Position numbers and translations under genes: made by a program. From the human T2T-CHM13v2.0 reference genome, Homo sapiens: a stretch of 64,000 bases of DNA. The notes beneath the pieces were generated by a model that made no database searches, was not told where the DNA came from, and saw only the letters and a program-made list of their open reading frames with translations. This document shows, one piece after another, positions 1 through 13,929 of the stretch. The number at the start of each line of letters is the position of its first letter. Position 1 is the stretch's first letter. The DNA lies in assembly GCF_009914755.1 (NCBI RefSeq), contig NC_060937.1; one strand, given 5' to 3'.

Positions 1-289
1 TGAAAAACATATATAAATCGTATATATGAAGTAATTGCAGCTGTATCTAAAATTATTTTTCCAACAATAGTTCTCTTAGCCCCTAAAAATATATATTGCA
101 TTAGTTTATTTTTAAATTATTTTTAATATTTTGACTTTATAGGGAATGCCTGTATGCCTCTGCTTCTCACTGGTAAAAAAGCTTTGGTTACAGTAACATT
201 ACTGAATTGTGTGCGCATTTACCAAGAAGTCTTGAAGATAGACCCTGGTATTCAGGATTTAATCTTCCTCTTTTCCTACATGTTTTATG

Positions 290-730
290 TCCTTTCTTTC
301 TTCCTATCAACCAAAATCTATTATTGTAGTTAACCCCACCAATTAAACATTATTATTCTTGTATTATACAGTTTATTTTTTAAAAATTTTTTTGTGAGAT
401 ACTTAAAATTTCTGCCTTCACTATTCCTTCTTGTATCTCAGATTTTCCATTTGAGTTATTTTGCTTAAGAGTCCACTTAGTTCTTGTTTGCAGGAAGTAA
501 AATTTCTTGGTTATTGTGTGAAGATGTCTTTTTCTCAAACTTGTTCTGAGTTCGTCAGTCTAGAAAGGTAACTTCCTCTCAGCACGCTGAAAATAATATT
601 ACATTGCCAATGTCATTATGGACATAAGAAAATCTGTTTTTAAGTGATACTTTCTTGTAGATGATCTGTCTTTCCTCTCTGGCTTCTTTTAAATGTTCTC
701 TTCATCTTTGATATTTTGAAGTTTACTGAA
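290..730 (-). mobile_element. Highly degraded ancient L1 (ORF1-region) fragment
   Basis: T-rich degenerate matches to antisense L1M ORF1 (e.g. CTCAGCACGCTGAAATAATATT, TTCTCTTCATCTTTGATATTTTGAAGTTTACT); boundaries approximate. Confidence 0.4.
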
Positions 731-2274
731 CTAAATTAGTTTGGGGAGGTGGAGGTAAATCTCAGCTTTGCTTTCTGCTGGTACTTTTCAATTACAATGA
801 TGTCTTTTCCTCCCATATTTGGTGACTTTACATTGTGAATTCATACCTAGCAGCATACCATATGGGAATCCTGAATGACTTTGATTGACTATATTTTTAT
901 CTACAGAAAATATTTTAATTTTATTCTGAATGGTATTGGGATATGCTGCCAGTCTCGAACCACTTTAATTTGATTCCTCAGACTGGGGAGTTCAGATGTA
1001 GGGGTGATGTAAACTCCATAACCCAGAAAAATGAAACAACAGGCCTATCATTACAATCTTTAAGGAGACTTTTTTTTTTTTTTTTCCCACAGAGATAAGT
1101 AACAGATTCTAGGAGATGTCTTCATTGGTTCCTTTTGTAGACAGGCGGTTTTTTGTTTTTGTTGTTGTTGTTGTTTAACCCCTATTTATACCCTCACTGA
1201 AATTATAACACTTAAAAGTGTCTTCACATTATTCATGAATCTGCAGTTGAAAGTCTATTTTTCAACCTGTGTAAACCCCAGCCTCTCATTTCTCTTCAGG
1301 TCCATTCGTCTAAATATTCTCGATCCCAGTTACCTGCTTGACATTTAGAGTTAGAGGAATTTAAAGTTACGCTAACTCCAATGGTTTGCTTTTCAACAAT
1401 TTTTTTTAAAGTTTTACCTTTATTTTAAATTTCTGTATCTCTTGAATGTTCTTGTATTTTCTCTTGAACTCTACAATGAACTAGCATGTATTTTGTTATG
1501 GTTTTCCCACAATGGAGTGCTTTCTGTCAATGGAGGACCTATCTGAATTTGTAATCCTCCACATTGCAGGTGGTAGTGCTGTAAATTCTTTTAAAACTTT
1601 TACAGCTCTTTTATAATTCGAATATAATTATTGATCATTTGTGTTTGAAACATGAAAATTTATCAGAAATTATATGAGTATTATGTATTCAAAATCAATT
1701 TGTAATAGCAATGAATCATAGGACAAGTTCAAACATTAGAAATATAAAATGGCAAATTTTTAAATGGCATTTAGATTCTAAAGCTGGAATTTTAGAAACA
1801 ATTTACTCGATGTTTCCAATTTGAAAAGATAAAACAAATTGAAAAGATTGACAAATACACAGTATGTGTCACTCGATTTTTCTCAAAATGAAATTATTGC
1901 AAGGTAAATCAGGACCTAAAGAATAATTACCTCATCTGCCTGCCCTGGGTACCTCCATGAATATGAAAACAAATAAATGCAAAATGAGGAGAAACTTAGC
2001 CATAAAAACAAAAGGGAATAGGTATGCTTTAGTAGCAACTTTGTGTTACTAGCAGCCATACTAGTCTTGGGTGTGGATTGACGACCAAATTCACAGAACT
2101 CAGTACCGCCAGCACAAAGCTTACTAAGCTTTAAGAAAAGACCCAGGACAGGAAATACACAGCATGCATACAGACAGAGGAGAGGTCTCATGAGTTCCCC
2201 TCTCAGTCATTTGTTACTCAGGACATGCATTCTAGAGAAGAGGCTGAGTTAGCATGGTCAATCTGATATCCCTT

Positions 2275-4133
2275 TGTTACTGGCGGCAAATCCATGCAGG
2301 TCTCCCACAACCTCAATTCTTGCTTGCCTCCTCAGAAGAAAGAATTCAACTGAGGGGCATAGGGCAGAGTGACAGAGTGAGACAAGTTTTAAGCAGGAGT
2401 GAAAGAGCATTAAAAAGTTTAAGTTCCCTGTAGATTCTGGATATTAGACCTTTATCAGATGGGTAGATTACAAAAGTTTTCTCCCATTCTGTAGGTTGCC
2501 TGTTCATTCTGATGATAATTTCTTTTGCTGTGCAGAAGTTCTTTAGTTTAATTAGATCCCATTTGTCAATTTTCGCTTTTGTTGCAATTGCTTTTGGCAT
2601 TTTTGTCATGATGTCTTTGCCAATGCCTGTGTCCTGATTGCTATTGCCTGGGTTTTCTTCTAGGGTTTTTATGGCTTGGGGTTATACATTTTAAGTCTTT
2701 AATCAATCTTGAGTTAATTTTTGTATGAGGTGTAAGGAAGAGGTCTAGTTTGTTTTCTGCATATGGTTAGCCAGTTTTCCCAGCACCACTTATTGAATAG
2801 GAGATCCTTCCCCCATTGCTTGTTTTTGTCAGGTTTGTTGAAGATCAGATGGTTTTAGATGTGTGGTGTTATTTCTGAGGTCTCTGTTCTGTTCCATTGG
2901 TCTATATGTCTGTTTTCATACCAGTACCATGTTGTTTTGGTTACTGCAGCCTTGTAGTATAGTTTGAAGTCAGGTAGCGTGATGACTCCATCTTTGTTCT
3001 TTTTGCTTAGGCTTGTGTTGGCTACATGGGTCTGCTTTGATTCCATAAGAAATTTAAAGTTGTTTTTTTTCTAATTCTGTGAAGAATGTCAATGGTAGTT
3101 TAGTGGGAGTAGCACTGACTCTATAAATTACTTTGGGCAGTGTGGCCATATTCATGATATTGATTCTTCCTATCCATGAGGATAGAATGTTTTTCCATTT
3201 GTCTGTGTCCTCTCTTATTTCCTTGTAGTTCTACCTAAAAAGGTCCTTCACATCCCTTGTTAGCTGTATGTTAGGTATTTTACTCTCTTTGTAGTGATTG
3301 TGAATGGGAGTTCATTCATGATTTGTCTCTCTGCTTGTCTATTCTTGGTATATAGGAATGCTTGTGATTTTTGCACATTGCTTTTGTATCCTGAGACTGC
3401 AGAAGTTGCTTAACAGTTTAAGGAGTTTTGGGGCTGAGATGATGGGGTTTTCTAAATATAAAATCATGTCATCTGCAAACAGAGACAATTTGACTTCCTC
3501 TCTTCCTATTTGAATACTCTTTATTTCTTTCTCTTACCTGATTGCACTGGCCAGAAATTCCACTACTTAGGGCAGGAATGAAAGGAACTAAAGTACACTT
3601 GGAAGAGGGCCAAGTGGGTGACCTGAAAGATCAAGTGTTTGACCTTTTGGGGTTTTATACAGTGGCATGTTTCTGGGGTCTTGTGTTATTTCTCCCCTGA
3701 TTCTTTTCTTGGGGTGGGCTGTCTGCATGCACAATGGGCTTTTAGCACTTAGGAGGGGCCACATGTGCCATATGTTTACTGGATTTACACGCATGCTCAC
3801 TTGAGGCATTTTTCCCTTTCCAGTCCAGTGTTCCTAGAGAAAGATCATATACCAGTTAAATGCTGCTATTTTGCCTCTTAGTGGCATACATGAGCCCCTT
3901 GGCCCAACTCCTGAGATCTTATCAGGAAGCTACTGATCACCACTTACAGATGTTTCTGTCCATTGAGAGACTGCCTTTCCCTGGTTCTGGCTGGGACCAA
4001 TTATTATTTTAGAGGGACAGCTTAAAAACTGCCTGACCACGACCTGATGGTCACCTGACATTCCTGGTTTGCAGGGCAGAGGGTGGGAGACTCTCCTGCC
4101 CTGCTCATATCTGACTAGCTACGTACTATAATG
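2275..4133 (-). mobile_element. MER50 solo LTR (ERV1/MER4 group), split by an L1 fragment
   Basis: 2275-~2420 (TGTTACTGGCGGCAAATCC...GAATTCAACTGAGGGGCATA...TAAAAAGTTT) and 3568-4133 (TAGGGCAGGAATGAAAGGAAC...CTCCTGCCCTGCTCATATCTG) are colinear with the reverse complement of the recalled MER50 consensus; 4-bp TSD CCTT at 2271-2274 and 4134-4137. Confidence 0.85.
2417..3567 (-). mobile_element. Internal L1PA ORF2 fragment (no 3' UTR, no poly-A)
   Basis: ORFs 2346..2609 ([18 protein letters not shown]) and 2855..3046 ([24 protein letters not shown]) are L1 ORF2p C-terminal-half motifs. Confidence 0.95.
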
Positions 4134-5628
4134 CCTTCACCTTTTACAGTTAGACAATCGGACCCATTATATGTGCTCTTTCATCTATATGGGTTACTCA
4201 TTATTCCATAACTAATTTAAACCATGAAATTAGGGAGATTGGCCTGGCATGTCATCCTTGGGCAAATTCTCGTTCGCATATTATCCGGCATAGATAAACT
4301 CCTAACAATTCTTGAATGAGTGTGGCAAAGGGGAAATAAAGCAAATGACAAATCATCAGGTTTCCCCAATGCTAGATGTTAGCCCTTTTCTTTCACATGA
4401 ATATGAAAATAAAAGATTACATCCTAGATAGAATGCTGAAAGATACTAGAAACCTCTTCCCCCCACTTCATCCTAAGTAGTAGAGTGTGATGTGTGGGAC
4501 CAAGTGAAGAAAAATAGAGAGGATCCTGGAATGTCCTTAACATAGAAAAAATAGTTTGGATGTAAGAATAGGACTCATACAAATAAGAAGCACACCAACA
4601 GACGTCCCTTTTATAAGTGAAGAATAACAGTGTTCAAAAGTAATGTGAGGTGGCTCCAGGGTTCAAACAATAGGAAATCTGAGCTTATACTGAGAAACCT
4701 AGGAGGAATCTTCCTGACATGATAGAATTTCTCCCAAATGTTACTGGCAATGACATATTTTTTGAGCAAAACGGTTTGTACTGATGAATGATCTCAGAAA
4801 AGAGAAACATGGAAATTACTGTGAAAAATCAATTTGCTGTTCTTTTTTTGCCTGTTCAATAGGAAGATAATTTTCCTAGGGTTGGATAGATAGAATCAGT
4901 TGATTATTATTGAAAATGTTTTCATAATGTGATTGACAACACCGAATATCTAGCCAAAGTAGTAGCATATGAAGAGATTGAGAGACATGAAGAAGGCTGT
5001 GTATTTTTTAATAAATTTACCTGAAAAGTGCATTAATTAACTTTACAATAATTGGAGATAGGAGTCAGATCATAACTAGCTACCAAAGAGCATAAAGTGC
5101 CAGAATCAATATTACAGTAAAGATTTAAACTTCATAAAATTTTCATACATAGTGCCTTGTATGTACAGTAATTTATTAGCTAACTCGGTAGGGAAATATT
5201 CTAGTTTGGCTAAGTGAATCTTCTTGTTACATACTAATTCACCAACATTTCAAAGATCAGGCTAAGTCTTCATTGAAAAATGGGACCTCAGCTTTGACTC
5301 AATTTTTACCTACATGCAACTATGAATCAAACTTTATCCATCTAGGATTTTCAGTTTGGGATAAAATGGAATAAGCTATAAAACCTGAACAGAATGCATA
5401 GAGCATCTCTTTGAGGACTCTAAAAAGTAAATAGTGACAGATAGATTGGAAAAAAACAGAATTCAAAATACCACTAAATTGGTGGTGACTTTCCTTTTTT
5501 AAAAGTTTCTCCAGCCTGGACTCAAGTTAGCCTGAAAGATGGAAGCAGGCATCAGCATGGACATAAGGAACACCAGGAGAAGCCCTGTCATCTAGGCTTG
5601 AGAACTGAGAAAATGGTTTGTTGGAAGC

Positions 5629-6097
5629 TGTAGGGGTCCGTCCCACAGACCCTGACCCAACAACAGATGAATAACGTACAGTGACACAGATATTATGCTT
5701 GTCAGTCTGGCTGAGAATCCAGACCACTTACAGACTCCCGGGAGAGTGCTGTGATGAGTTGCAACTCCCTGGCCCTCCTGGCATGTATTCAGCACACAAT
5801 AAATGACAAAAGTCTCAAGTAAACACCATTAGAAGGTAATTACTGTTGCCGGACCCCCAGGAGTAGAGAGCAATCATGCACCGCAGATGGTCAAAGGTTA
5901 GTCTTAGGACCACAAGAGTAAACAAGCGATTTAGATAGACTTCTCTACATTCCTATGTTAATCACCCTTGTTATAGCTCAAAGAGGATTAGGCTGCCTTC
6001 AGCCATAACTCTATCCTGAGGCTTTTGCAAAAACCTTCTGGCCTTCCAAGATAGTTTATTTTACAATTTTTCCCCCCATCCTGAGTGAACCCCTACA
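5629..6097 (-). mobile_element. LTR22 solo LTR (HERV-K22/HML-5)
   Basis: 469 bp with TGTAGGGG...CCCCTACA inverted termini; matches recalled LTR22 motifs (GAGGATTAGGCTGCCTTCAGCCATAAC, TAAACAAGCGATTTAGATAGAC); TSD GGAAGC (5623-5628)/GGTAGC (6098-6103), one mismatch. Confidence 0.85.
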
Positions 6098-8504
6098 GGT
6101 AGCAGTAGTAGCAGCAGCAGTGAAGTCTTGCAGCTATCCAAGGAAGAGGCATCATCCTCCTTGATTTAAGTAGCTGTGGCCTCAAGAGGATGAGGCAAAC
6201 TCACATTGTTTTTACTTTATTTTTGTCCACTCACCACCTGCCTTAGATATGGGTGCAGCTTAGAGAGAGGGCAAAAGAGTTAGATAAATAAATCCGCTGC
6301 TTTCTGGATAAAAGACCAAAAAAGGGAAGACCAGAGAATTGGAAACTTCAGGGGAGATTACAGAGAGGGAGAGCTAAGGAAACCTAGTCAAATCTAGTGG
6401 CTTGACCCCTACCCAGTTGACTATCTATAAAACAAAAGTGGAGATATTTTTCATAAGATAATAACAAGACCCAGATTTTCAAAACATAATACTCAAAATG
6501 TCTAGGATAAAATGAAACCTTACCTCACATATGGCTTACAAGGAAAATAACATCCCACATATGCAAATACAATAAAATAAATGCCTCTATTGAAGTGACA
6601 CAGTAATGAGAGTAATTAGACAAACAGTTTAACAAGCTATAATAAAATATTCCAACAAATAAAGGTAAAAATGTATTGCAGGAATGAAACAATAGAAAAT
6701 CTCAGCAAATAGGTGTAATAGAAGATACAAATGGAAAATGTAGCACTGAAAAAAATTACTGGATAGGCACAATCACAGGATGGAAATGACAGAAATGTGA
6801 CAATATACTTGAAAACAGATCAATAAGAATTATGCAAGATTAACAATAGAACCAAAATTGAAAAACATGAACAATTGTTAATTGGCCTTTGGAATAGTTC
6901 CTAAGGTTTATGATTGGCACTACTGGTGTCCCAGAAAGAGAGGCAAAGAGCGTAGACCAGAAAAAAATATTTAAGACATAAAGGCTGAAAATTTCCCATA
7001 TCCAGTGAAACATATAAACCTGCAGATTCAAAACACTCATCAAACCCTAAATCAGGTAAACCCAAAGAAGTGTGGGCCGAGACACAGCATAATCCAAGAA
7101 AACAAAAAGAGTAAAGAGTCTTAAGAGCATCCAGAGAAAACTGTTTAAATGTTTTCAAACTATCAAAGAAACATGGAGACGTTCTGTTAAATGTCTGTCT
7201 GCAGATTTCTCATCAGAAATTGTGGTGATCAGGAAAAGAAAGAAAATATGTTTAAAGTGCTGAGATAACTGTCCTCCCAGAATTCTAAATCATGTAAAAA
7301 TAATGTCCAGAAATAAACATAAAATAATAGTGTTCTCAAATAAAGGAAAACTAACAGAATCTGTTGCTGTCAGAATTGCTCTGAAAGAATTGCCAAAGGA
7401 AATTCTTCATAGAAAAAGATACTAGAAAGAAACTTGCAATATCACAAACGAAAGAAGAGCGACAAAAATGGCAACTATTGGGGTAAATAGACTTGTTCTC
7501 ATGATTCTTTAAAATGTTTGGTAATATATAGTAATGAGATTTATATGCTCTGGTTAAAATGCTAAAATACCAATTCTGAATAGAGTGAGAAAAGTTAAGT
7601 ATTTGGATGATAATCCCCAAAGTCACTGGACACACACACACATGTCTGCAAATTATACAGTGAGATACAGCTGAATGTGCAGTAGGTGTATTTAAATAGA
7701 ATAAAAAAGATGTTGGAATAACCCAAGGAAAATAAGAAAAGATGAATAAAGATTGAAAAACAGAGGGAATAATTGGAAAAAAAATAATAAAATGGTAGAC
7801 CTAAATCTAAGCATATCAATAAATACTAAATGCAAACTGACTAAACACACATTTTAAAATACAAAGATTGTCAGAATGGATTAAAAAAAACATGAAATGG
7901 CTATATGCTGTCTACAAAAAATTCGCTTCAGATATACATAGTGATGTAGATAAGCTAGATATAAAGGATTGAGAAAATAATATATATGCACACACGAACA
8001 AAAACAAAGCTGGAGTGGCTGTGTTAATTAGATGAAGTGGGCTTAAGGAACAAGACCAGAGACGAAGAGGGACATTATATTTAAAGCAGAAAACAATCCC
8101 AATGTGTATGAACCTAACAGCAGAATTTTAGAAAACATAAATCAAGCATGGTCAGAACTGAAAACACAAACAGACACATTCCCAAGTAGAGTTAGAGATT
8201 TCAACATTCTTTTCTCAGTAGCTGATACAATCTGTAGACAGAAAATAGGTGAGAATGTTGACCTAAGCTGTGACATCAATCAATCAATTCTAATTGACAT
8301 TGGAGCACTCCACTGGACACAGCAGTGCATACATTTTTCCCATATACACAAGGAACATTCACCAAGAGCGCCCATATTCTGGATTCTAAAGCAAAGTTCA
8401 GCAAATATAAGGAATTAAAATCACACATAATGTGTTCTACAATAATAATCAACTAAATAACAAAGATAACAGGAACACCTCCAGATATTTGAAAATTTAA
8501 CACA

Positions 8505-8718
8505 TTTTCTTCTTTTAAAAAAATCTGTATAAATTTAAGGGGTACAAGTGCAGAAAACAAGGAACAACATTACATGGATATATGGTATAGTGATGAAGTC
8601 TTGGCTTTTAGTGTAACTATCATCCAAATAATGTACATTGTACCATTAAGTAATTTCTCATTCCTTACCTCCCTCCTACTGTCTCACCTTTCCAAGTCTA
8701 CCAGTCTGTTATTCCACA
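8505..8718 (-). mobile_element. Short 5'-truncated L1PB4/L1MA-like 3' end nested in the old L1M
   Basis: GGGGTACAAGTGCAG...ACATGGATATATGGTATAGTGATGAAGTCTTGGCTTTTAGTGTAAC is the antisense L1PB/L1MA 3' terminus; host ORF2 resumes afterwards. Confidence 0.75.
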
Positions 8719-11700
8719 GTAGCATACTTTTTAACAATCCATCAGTCAAAGAAAACATCAAAAGGAAAATTAGAATACATACTGAACTGAGGAAAAATGA
8801 AAATTCAGCAAATCAAATTTGTGGGATGCAGCTAAAGCAGTGCTTAGCCAGAAACTTGTAGCAGTTAATGCTTACACAAAAAGAAGAAAAGCTTGACATG
8901 AATAAGCTTGGATTATCTAAGATTCCATCTAGAAAAAAGAGCAAAGTAAACTCCACAGCAAGCAGAAGTAAGAGAATAAGAAAGTGAAAAGTAGAAATAC
9001 CCTCTTTAAAAAAAACCCAGGAAAACAACAAAGAAAATATATTAAAACAATAGCTGTAAACTTCTGGAAAGACTAACAAAGAATTATCTTTATCGATACC
9101 CAATTATCAATATAAAAATTATAGATAGACTATCACTACAGACTCCATAAACATTAAAACAATAAGTCTGTATCACAAAAAATCCTACACACCAAAGTTT
9201 GTCAAATTGCATGAAATATATTAATTCCTCAAAGCCAGAAATCACCAAAGCACAACCAAGATAACTTAGATAACCATCATGTTCATATAACTATTTAATT
9301 TGTAGTTAGTCTTTTTCTGAAAATAAAATCCTCTTGGCCAAGATTGTTTCTGATAAATTCTAGGGAACATTTAAAGAAGAGTTATTTTGTATCTTTGTTT
9401 ACTTTGTTTTGAAGATTGTTTCTAATAAAATTTAGGGAACTTAAAGAAGAGCTATTTTGTTTCTTTGTTTACTTTGTTTTGTTCTTGTTCTACTTTAATG
9501 CATACAATTGGAAAGGAAGAAATTAAACTGTGTTTACTCACGTAAGATATATTCTATATAGAAAACTGAAAGGTTTTCCAAAGAACTTCTGTAACTAATA
9601 AGATATCGTAGCAGGATTATAGGATACAAATTCACCACACAAAATGAACTACATTTCTCTATAGAAGCGAAGAACTTTTGAAAACCATATAATCACTCCA
9701 AAATAAAATACCTAGTTGTAAACCTAACAAGTACAGAAACAGAATGTTGACAGGTATAAAACACTGGTGAAAGAAATCAAAGGAAGCCTAAACAAATGGA
9801 GAGTTATCACATATTCATAGATTTGTCTCAATATAGTAATAATGTTAATTCAACCCAAAATGATCTGTAGATTTAATGCAAGTCCAATCAAAATCTCAAC
9901 AAGATTTCTTGGCCAATATATAAAACTTGATTCTAAAATGTATATAGAAAAGGACAAAAGTGCTAAGGTGATAAAATAACCAAAACAATTGCGAATAAAG
10001 ACAAAATGGGAGACTTTCATTTTCTAATTTCAAAAAATTGTTTAGTAATCAAAAGAATACAGTATTAGCTAAGGGCCGGACACAGAGATCAGTGTCACAG
10101 AGAAGATAATCCAGAAGTAGACACACAAATATGGACAAGTTTTGACAAAGGTGCAAAGGCAATGACAATAGAGAAAGGATAGACTTTTCAACAAATGGCT
10201 TTGGAGTACTTGGGCAACCACATGCAAAGAAAAGAGCACTGAATTAAACTTCACAATTTATCTAAAAATTAGCTCTAAATTGATCATAGATGTACATATA
10301 GAACACAAAACTGTAATACATTTAGAAAAAACACAGAAGAAAACCTTCATTCCCAGGGAGTAGAGTTTTTACACCTTACAACTAAAGCAAGACCATGAAA
10401 GTCATATCTATATATATTTATATATATATATGTGCATATAAATAGGACTACATCAAAATCTAAAATTTTTGTTCTTTGAACTTACTGTTAAGAAACTTTA
10501 GAGAGTCTAAAAGTCTCCTAAAGTTACAGTTCACATTAACAGTAACTTTGAGAAGTTAAAGTTACTGTTTACTTTAACAGTAACTTTTAAAGTTAACTTT
10601 GAGAAGTTAACTTTAACAGTAATTTTAAAGAGCATAGAAAGAGCAAAAATATGTTCAAGCCACATATCTGAAAAGGGAGCTGTATTCAGAATATATAAAG
10701 AAATCTCAAAATGTAGCAGTAAGAATCAAATTTAAAAAGGGCAAAAGACTTGAACAGATGTTTCACGAAAGAAGACATGGAAGTCCAGTAAACATGTGAA
10801 AAGATGTTTAAAATCAAAATCACTAGGAAAAAGTCAATGAAAATCATGAGATATCGCTACAACCCATTAGAATAACTCCCACTAAAAAAAAGTATTAACA
10901 ATTCCTGGTGCTGGTGAGGTCAAAGAGCAACTGGGATTCTCATACATTGCATTGGGAAATGAAAATGATATAGTCACTCTTTAAGGTGGTTGGTAGTTTC
11001 ATGTTAAATTTAACATTCACTTACCATATGGCCCAGCAATCCCACTGCTTGGTGTTTACCCCAGAAAAATAACTTAGATTTATACAAAACCTACATATGA
11101 ATGTTTATAGCAGTTCTCTTCATAATTGCCAAAAACTTGAAATAACCCAAATATCTTTCAATGGTTGAATGGATAAGCAAATTATGATACATCCCGACTA
11201 TAGAATACTACTAAACAATTAAAATGTGTGCATTATTTTGGTACTCACAACATCTTACATCAAACTCGAAGGCTTTAATCTGAGTGAAAGAAGCCAGTAT
11301 CAAAAAGTTACAGCCTCCATGTTTCCATGTGTGTGTTAATCTCTAAAAAGATAAAACTTCAGTGATGGAAAACAGATCAGTGGTTGACAGGATGTAGGAG
11401 TGAGAAGTAGTGGGACTGTAAAGAGATGGAAGGAGAGAATGGGGGAATGGAATATAACTGTTCGGCCTTCTTTTCGGAGTTGGTGGCTACATCAGCATGG
11501 GCACAGGAGAGAATTCATAGAACTGTATGCCACATTAAAGGTCAATTTTATTGAGTATTAACTTAAATATGACCTTAAAAATAATTATCCACTACATACC
11601 AAACTTTGTATTTAATAGTAGTAAAAAGCTTGGAAGATGAGCTGCATGAAAATGCAAAATAAAGGCTGTCTCTGAGGACTTTAAGAGAAGTAGAATCATT

Positions 11701-12479
11701 ATAGGAACACACACTTTTTCAAAAACTTCATATGAATGAAAGAGTTCTAAGGAACAATATTACACTGTTTATATTTCAGAAATTAAAATTTCAAAATAAA
11801 AGTTTGATTAGAAATAAGAAAAACTAAGGCCAGTTTAAAAATTAAAGCCAGTCAAAAAATAGATTACAGAAAATATTTTTTAAATAATAATTGATTATAA
11901 AATTATAGCTAAGAAAACTCTAGGCCTCTTTCAAGCAAAGTAAATTCCAAATAAAGCATGTTCCTCATATAACTTCTTGACAGTGACCAGAATATGATTT
12001 AGACACAACAGTTAACCAAACTTATAAAATGCACCTCTTACTTCGTGATTCTGAGGAAATTTCAGAGAGTGAAATTCCAGCCTCTGTTTCTTTTGTTTTG
12101 TGGTCTTTCAAATATATAACATCCCTGAGGAGAACGTAGGAAGCTCTTCTACTTTGTGTCAAGGCTCCGGGTGATTCATTTGGAATCTTCTACCTTTGAT
12201 TCACACATATACTTTTAGGTTCAAGAGTATGCCTTACTTTATTACCATAGCCTGTCGCAGGCTCGATTAAAATTTCTGGAAACAAATGAAAAATTGTGTT
12301 ATGAAAAGAATATGATTCTAAGAATCAGGAGGCTCTTATTGGAATATTAGAATTATATACATACAGATCATTGCACTTAAGATATTTCCACTTAGTCTGT
12401 GCCTCTGTCTACACCTTGATTTCTGCTACTTCCTTGGCCCCCAAGTATGTGATTCCCTAAATCTATGCATTTCCATGTC

Positions 12480-12832
12480 TTCATGCTTTGCACATGCAGC
12501 TTCCTCTGCCTAGAATATTCTTGCCTCATTACTCACCATAATCATTTCTACCCTTTCTTCTAGAGGCTATTCAGGAATTACTTCCATTGGTAAATCTGTC
12601 CTAATCATTCTCTACTCCCCAGATGAAAGATCAACTACTTACTCAACCATCCCATCCACCGTTTGTCTTCACAGTACATTGAGTTTGCCTCTAATCTTAC
12701 CCACTTACAGCATCACAAGGAATTTTTTCTCATCTATTTACATTTTTACTTTTTTCTCTTGCCAGCAATAGCTATAGAAATTCAACAAACGCTTGATGAG
12801 TAAATGTATAAATGAAACAATGAATGAATGAA
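12480..12832 (+). mobile_element. L2 3' fragment
   Basis: TTTGCACATGCAGCTTCCTCTGCCTAGAAT and terminal (TGAA)n tail. Confidence 0.6.
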
Positions 12833-13413
12833 TTTAGCTTTCTTTGGCTTCAGTCCTTTCATTATAAAACATCTATAAAATATTCTCTACAAATATTTTT
12901 TTCATTCTGCAGTAGGTGTAGTATTTGAAAATGTGTTATTTACAAAAACTGGCAGAATAGATGAAATCCCTTCTCACATAAGAGTGTGCAATTGTTTTCA
13001 TAACCAGTTTAGACAACACTGAATAAACTCACACCCACTCTACCTATAACATCTCTGCTCTGATGTTAGCAGAATTTCTAAAAGCAAAGTAAAGTTATTT
13101 ACAAGTTATACCACTGAGAATTGAAAATGTTATAACTGGTACATTATTTTGAAAGAAAAAAATGTCAAGGTGCCTTTATTTAGAATTAAGTGGAAATAGC
13201 TTTGCTGATTCATAGGAATAAAATATATCCTGCACAAGTGAAAAATTTCAACAATCCTCATACATTTAATGGTTTACCTTATTTTTTTTTGCTTGAATTT
13301 GTGGTGAATTTGAAAAATTATGAAACCATTTTATGTATATTGAATGGATCTATTGCTGAAAAGAAAGTCCTGCTTACAAATTTTTATTTAATTAATTTAA
13401 TTAATTAATTTAG

Positions 13414-13704
<291 letters not shown>

Positions 13705-13929
13705 TACTTATAAGAGTTAACTCAATAAATTAGCATTCATTTGTAAATCACCCAAATATATATAGAACATCATATTAGACAAGTAGATAGGAAAATTTTA
13801 AAGTCCTAATCTGTGTCCTCAGCTTGGGTACAATAATAATGATTATGGACAGGCATATACAGAACTTTTAATACAAGAAAAAAATGTATTATGAATTGTG
13901 TATTGTTTTAAGAGTTTCACAGATTTTGT

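Larger units (their letters stand above)
5370..11575 (+). mobile_element. Ancient near full-length L1M (L1MD/L1ME-like), heavily decayed, with nested insertions
   Basis: Colinear ORF1 remnants (~6700-7450, e.g. GCAGATTTCTCATCAGAAA, CCCAGAATTCTA), ORF2 EN remnants (8104..8418 YEPNSR...RDFNILFS), RT/C-terminal remnants (9500-11250) and an L1M-type 3' UTR to ~11575; 5' boundary uncertain. Confidence 0.8.
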
